From assembly GCA_010909165.1 (NCBI GenBank), contig MU008194.1, positions 248,001 to 312,000 on the forward strand: DNA of 64,000 nt. The letters run 5' to 3'. Of this stretch, positions 63,622 through 64,000 are shown piece after piece. Every line of letters begins with the position of its first letter. Positions within the stretch are counted from its first letter, which is position 1. Under the pieces are notes generated by a model that was not told the origin of the DNA, searched no databases, and worked only from the letters and a program-made list of their open reading frames with translations. The position numbers were made by a program, and so were the translations under genes. The DNA comes from Anthoceros angustus (lineage: Eukaryota > Plantae > Anthocerotophyta).

Positions 63622-64000
63622 AGTAACCAATATAAGTTTGAAATCCTCAAGAATAAGATATGTTGTGACCATCATGCTGAAATTGTATTTATTTTTTTAT
63701 AATATCCATAAAATATCTTTTGGTAAGAGAATAAAAATCCACATGTCACCGACCTACTATTTCAGATTATCTTGATAATGTATGAATAACAAAATACATA
63801 AGTCATGGTATATGAGGTACATATTATATAAGTGAAGTAAAGCTTCAACGCTCCTACTAACTACTGTAAATGGATAAAACACCAACTTATTATAAAAAGA
63901 TAATACAAAGTTTGGAATATTCATTTAACAACACAAGAAGACCTGGTTGTGAAATGAAACCGCTTAATTATTTTCCAAGAAACTATGATCACTTCAAGCT
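63622..64000. repeat. Direct copy of 52738-53104 (CCD8 downstream flank), offset 10884 bp
   Basis: agtaaccaatataagtttgaaatcc ... gatcacttcaagct is near-identical at both places and runs to the end of the window. Confidence 0.95.

Overview
Intron-rich eukaryotic nuclear DNA from a non-seed land plant. A hornwort fits best, on short introns, a KP-type PPR E/E+ region, a cyanobacterial-type RF3 and an IQCE-like putative ciliary gene; a fern or lycophyte is not excluded. Layout: 1-8.8 kb is degenerate Ty3/Gypsy-like retroelement sequence with serial local duplications. 12.6-29.6 kb is a clean gene block: TOPBP1/MEI1 with an AT-AC U12 intron, an atypical WRKY, an F-box/kelch gene, and an IQCE-like coiled-coil gene with a giant DKDG-repeat last exon. 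31-41 kb holds a truncated PLS-PPR, a small membrane-protein ORF and plastid RF3 (prfC) with a 4-exon tandem duplication. 41-52 kb is a transposon graveyard (CRE-like non-LTR, Gypsy integrase, PPR fragment, Helitron-like fragment). 52.7-64 kb holds CCD8, a TPR gene, KCP2 and a 3'-truncated EEF1AKMT1, and ends in a second copy of the CCD8 downstream flank, which suggests a ~10.9 kb tandem segmental duplication. Many frameshifts in repeated regions sit in homopolymers and probably reflect unpolished long-read error. Exon boundaries and homologies were read by eye and from remembered reference sequences; no searches were run.
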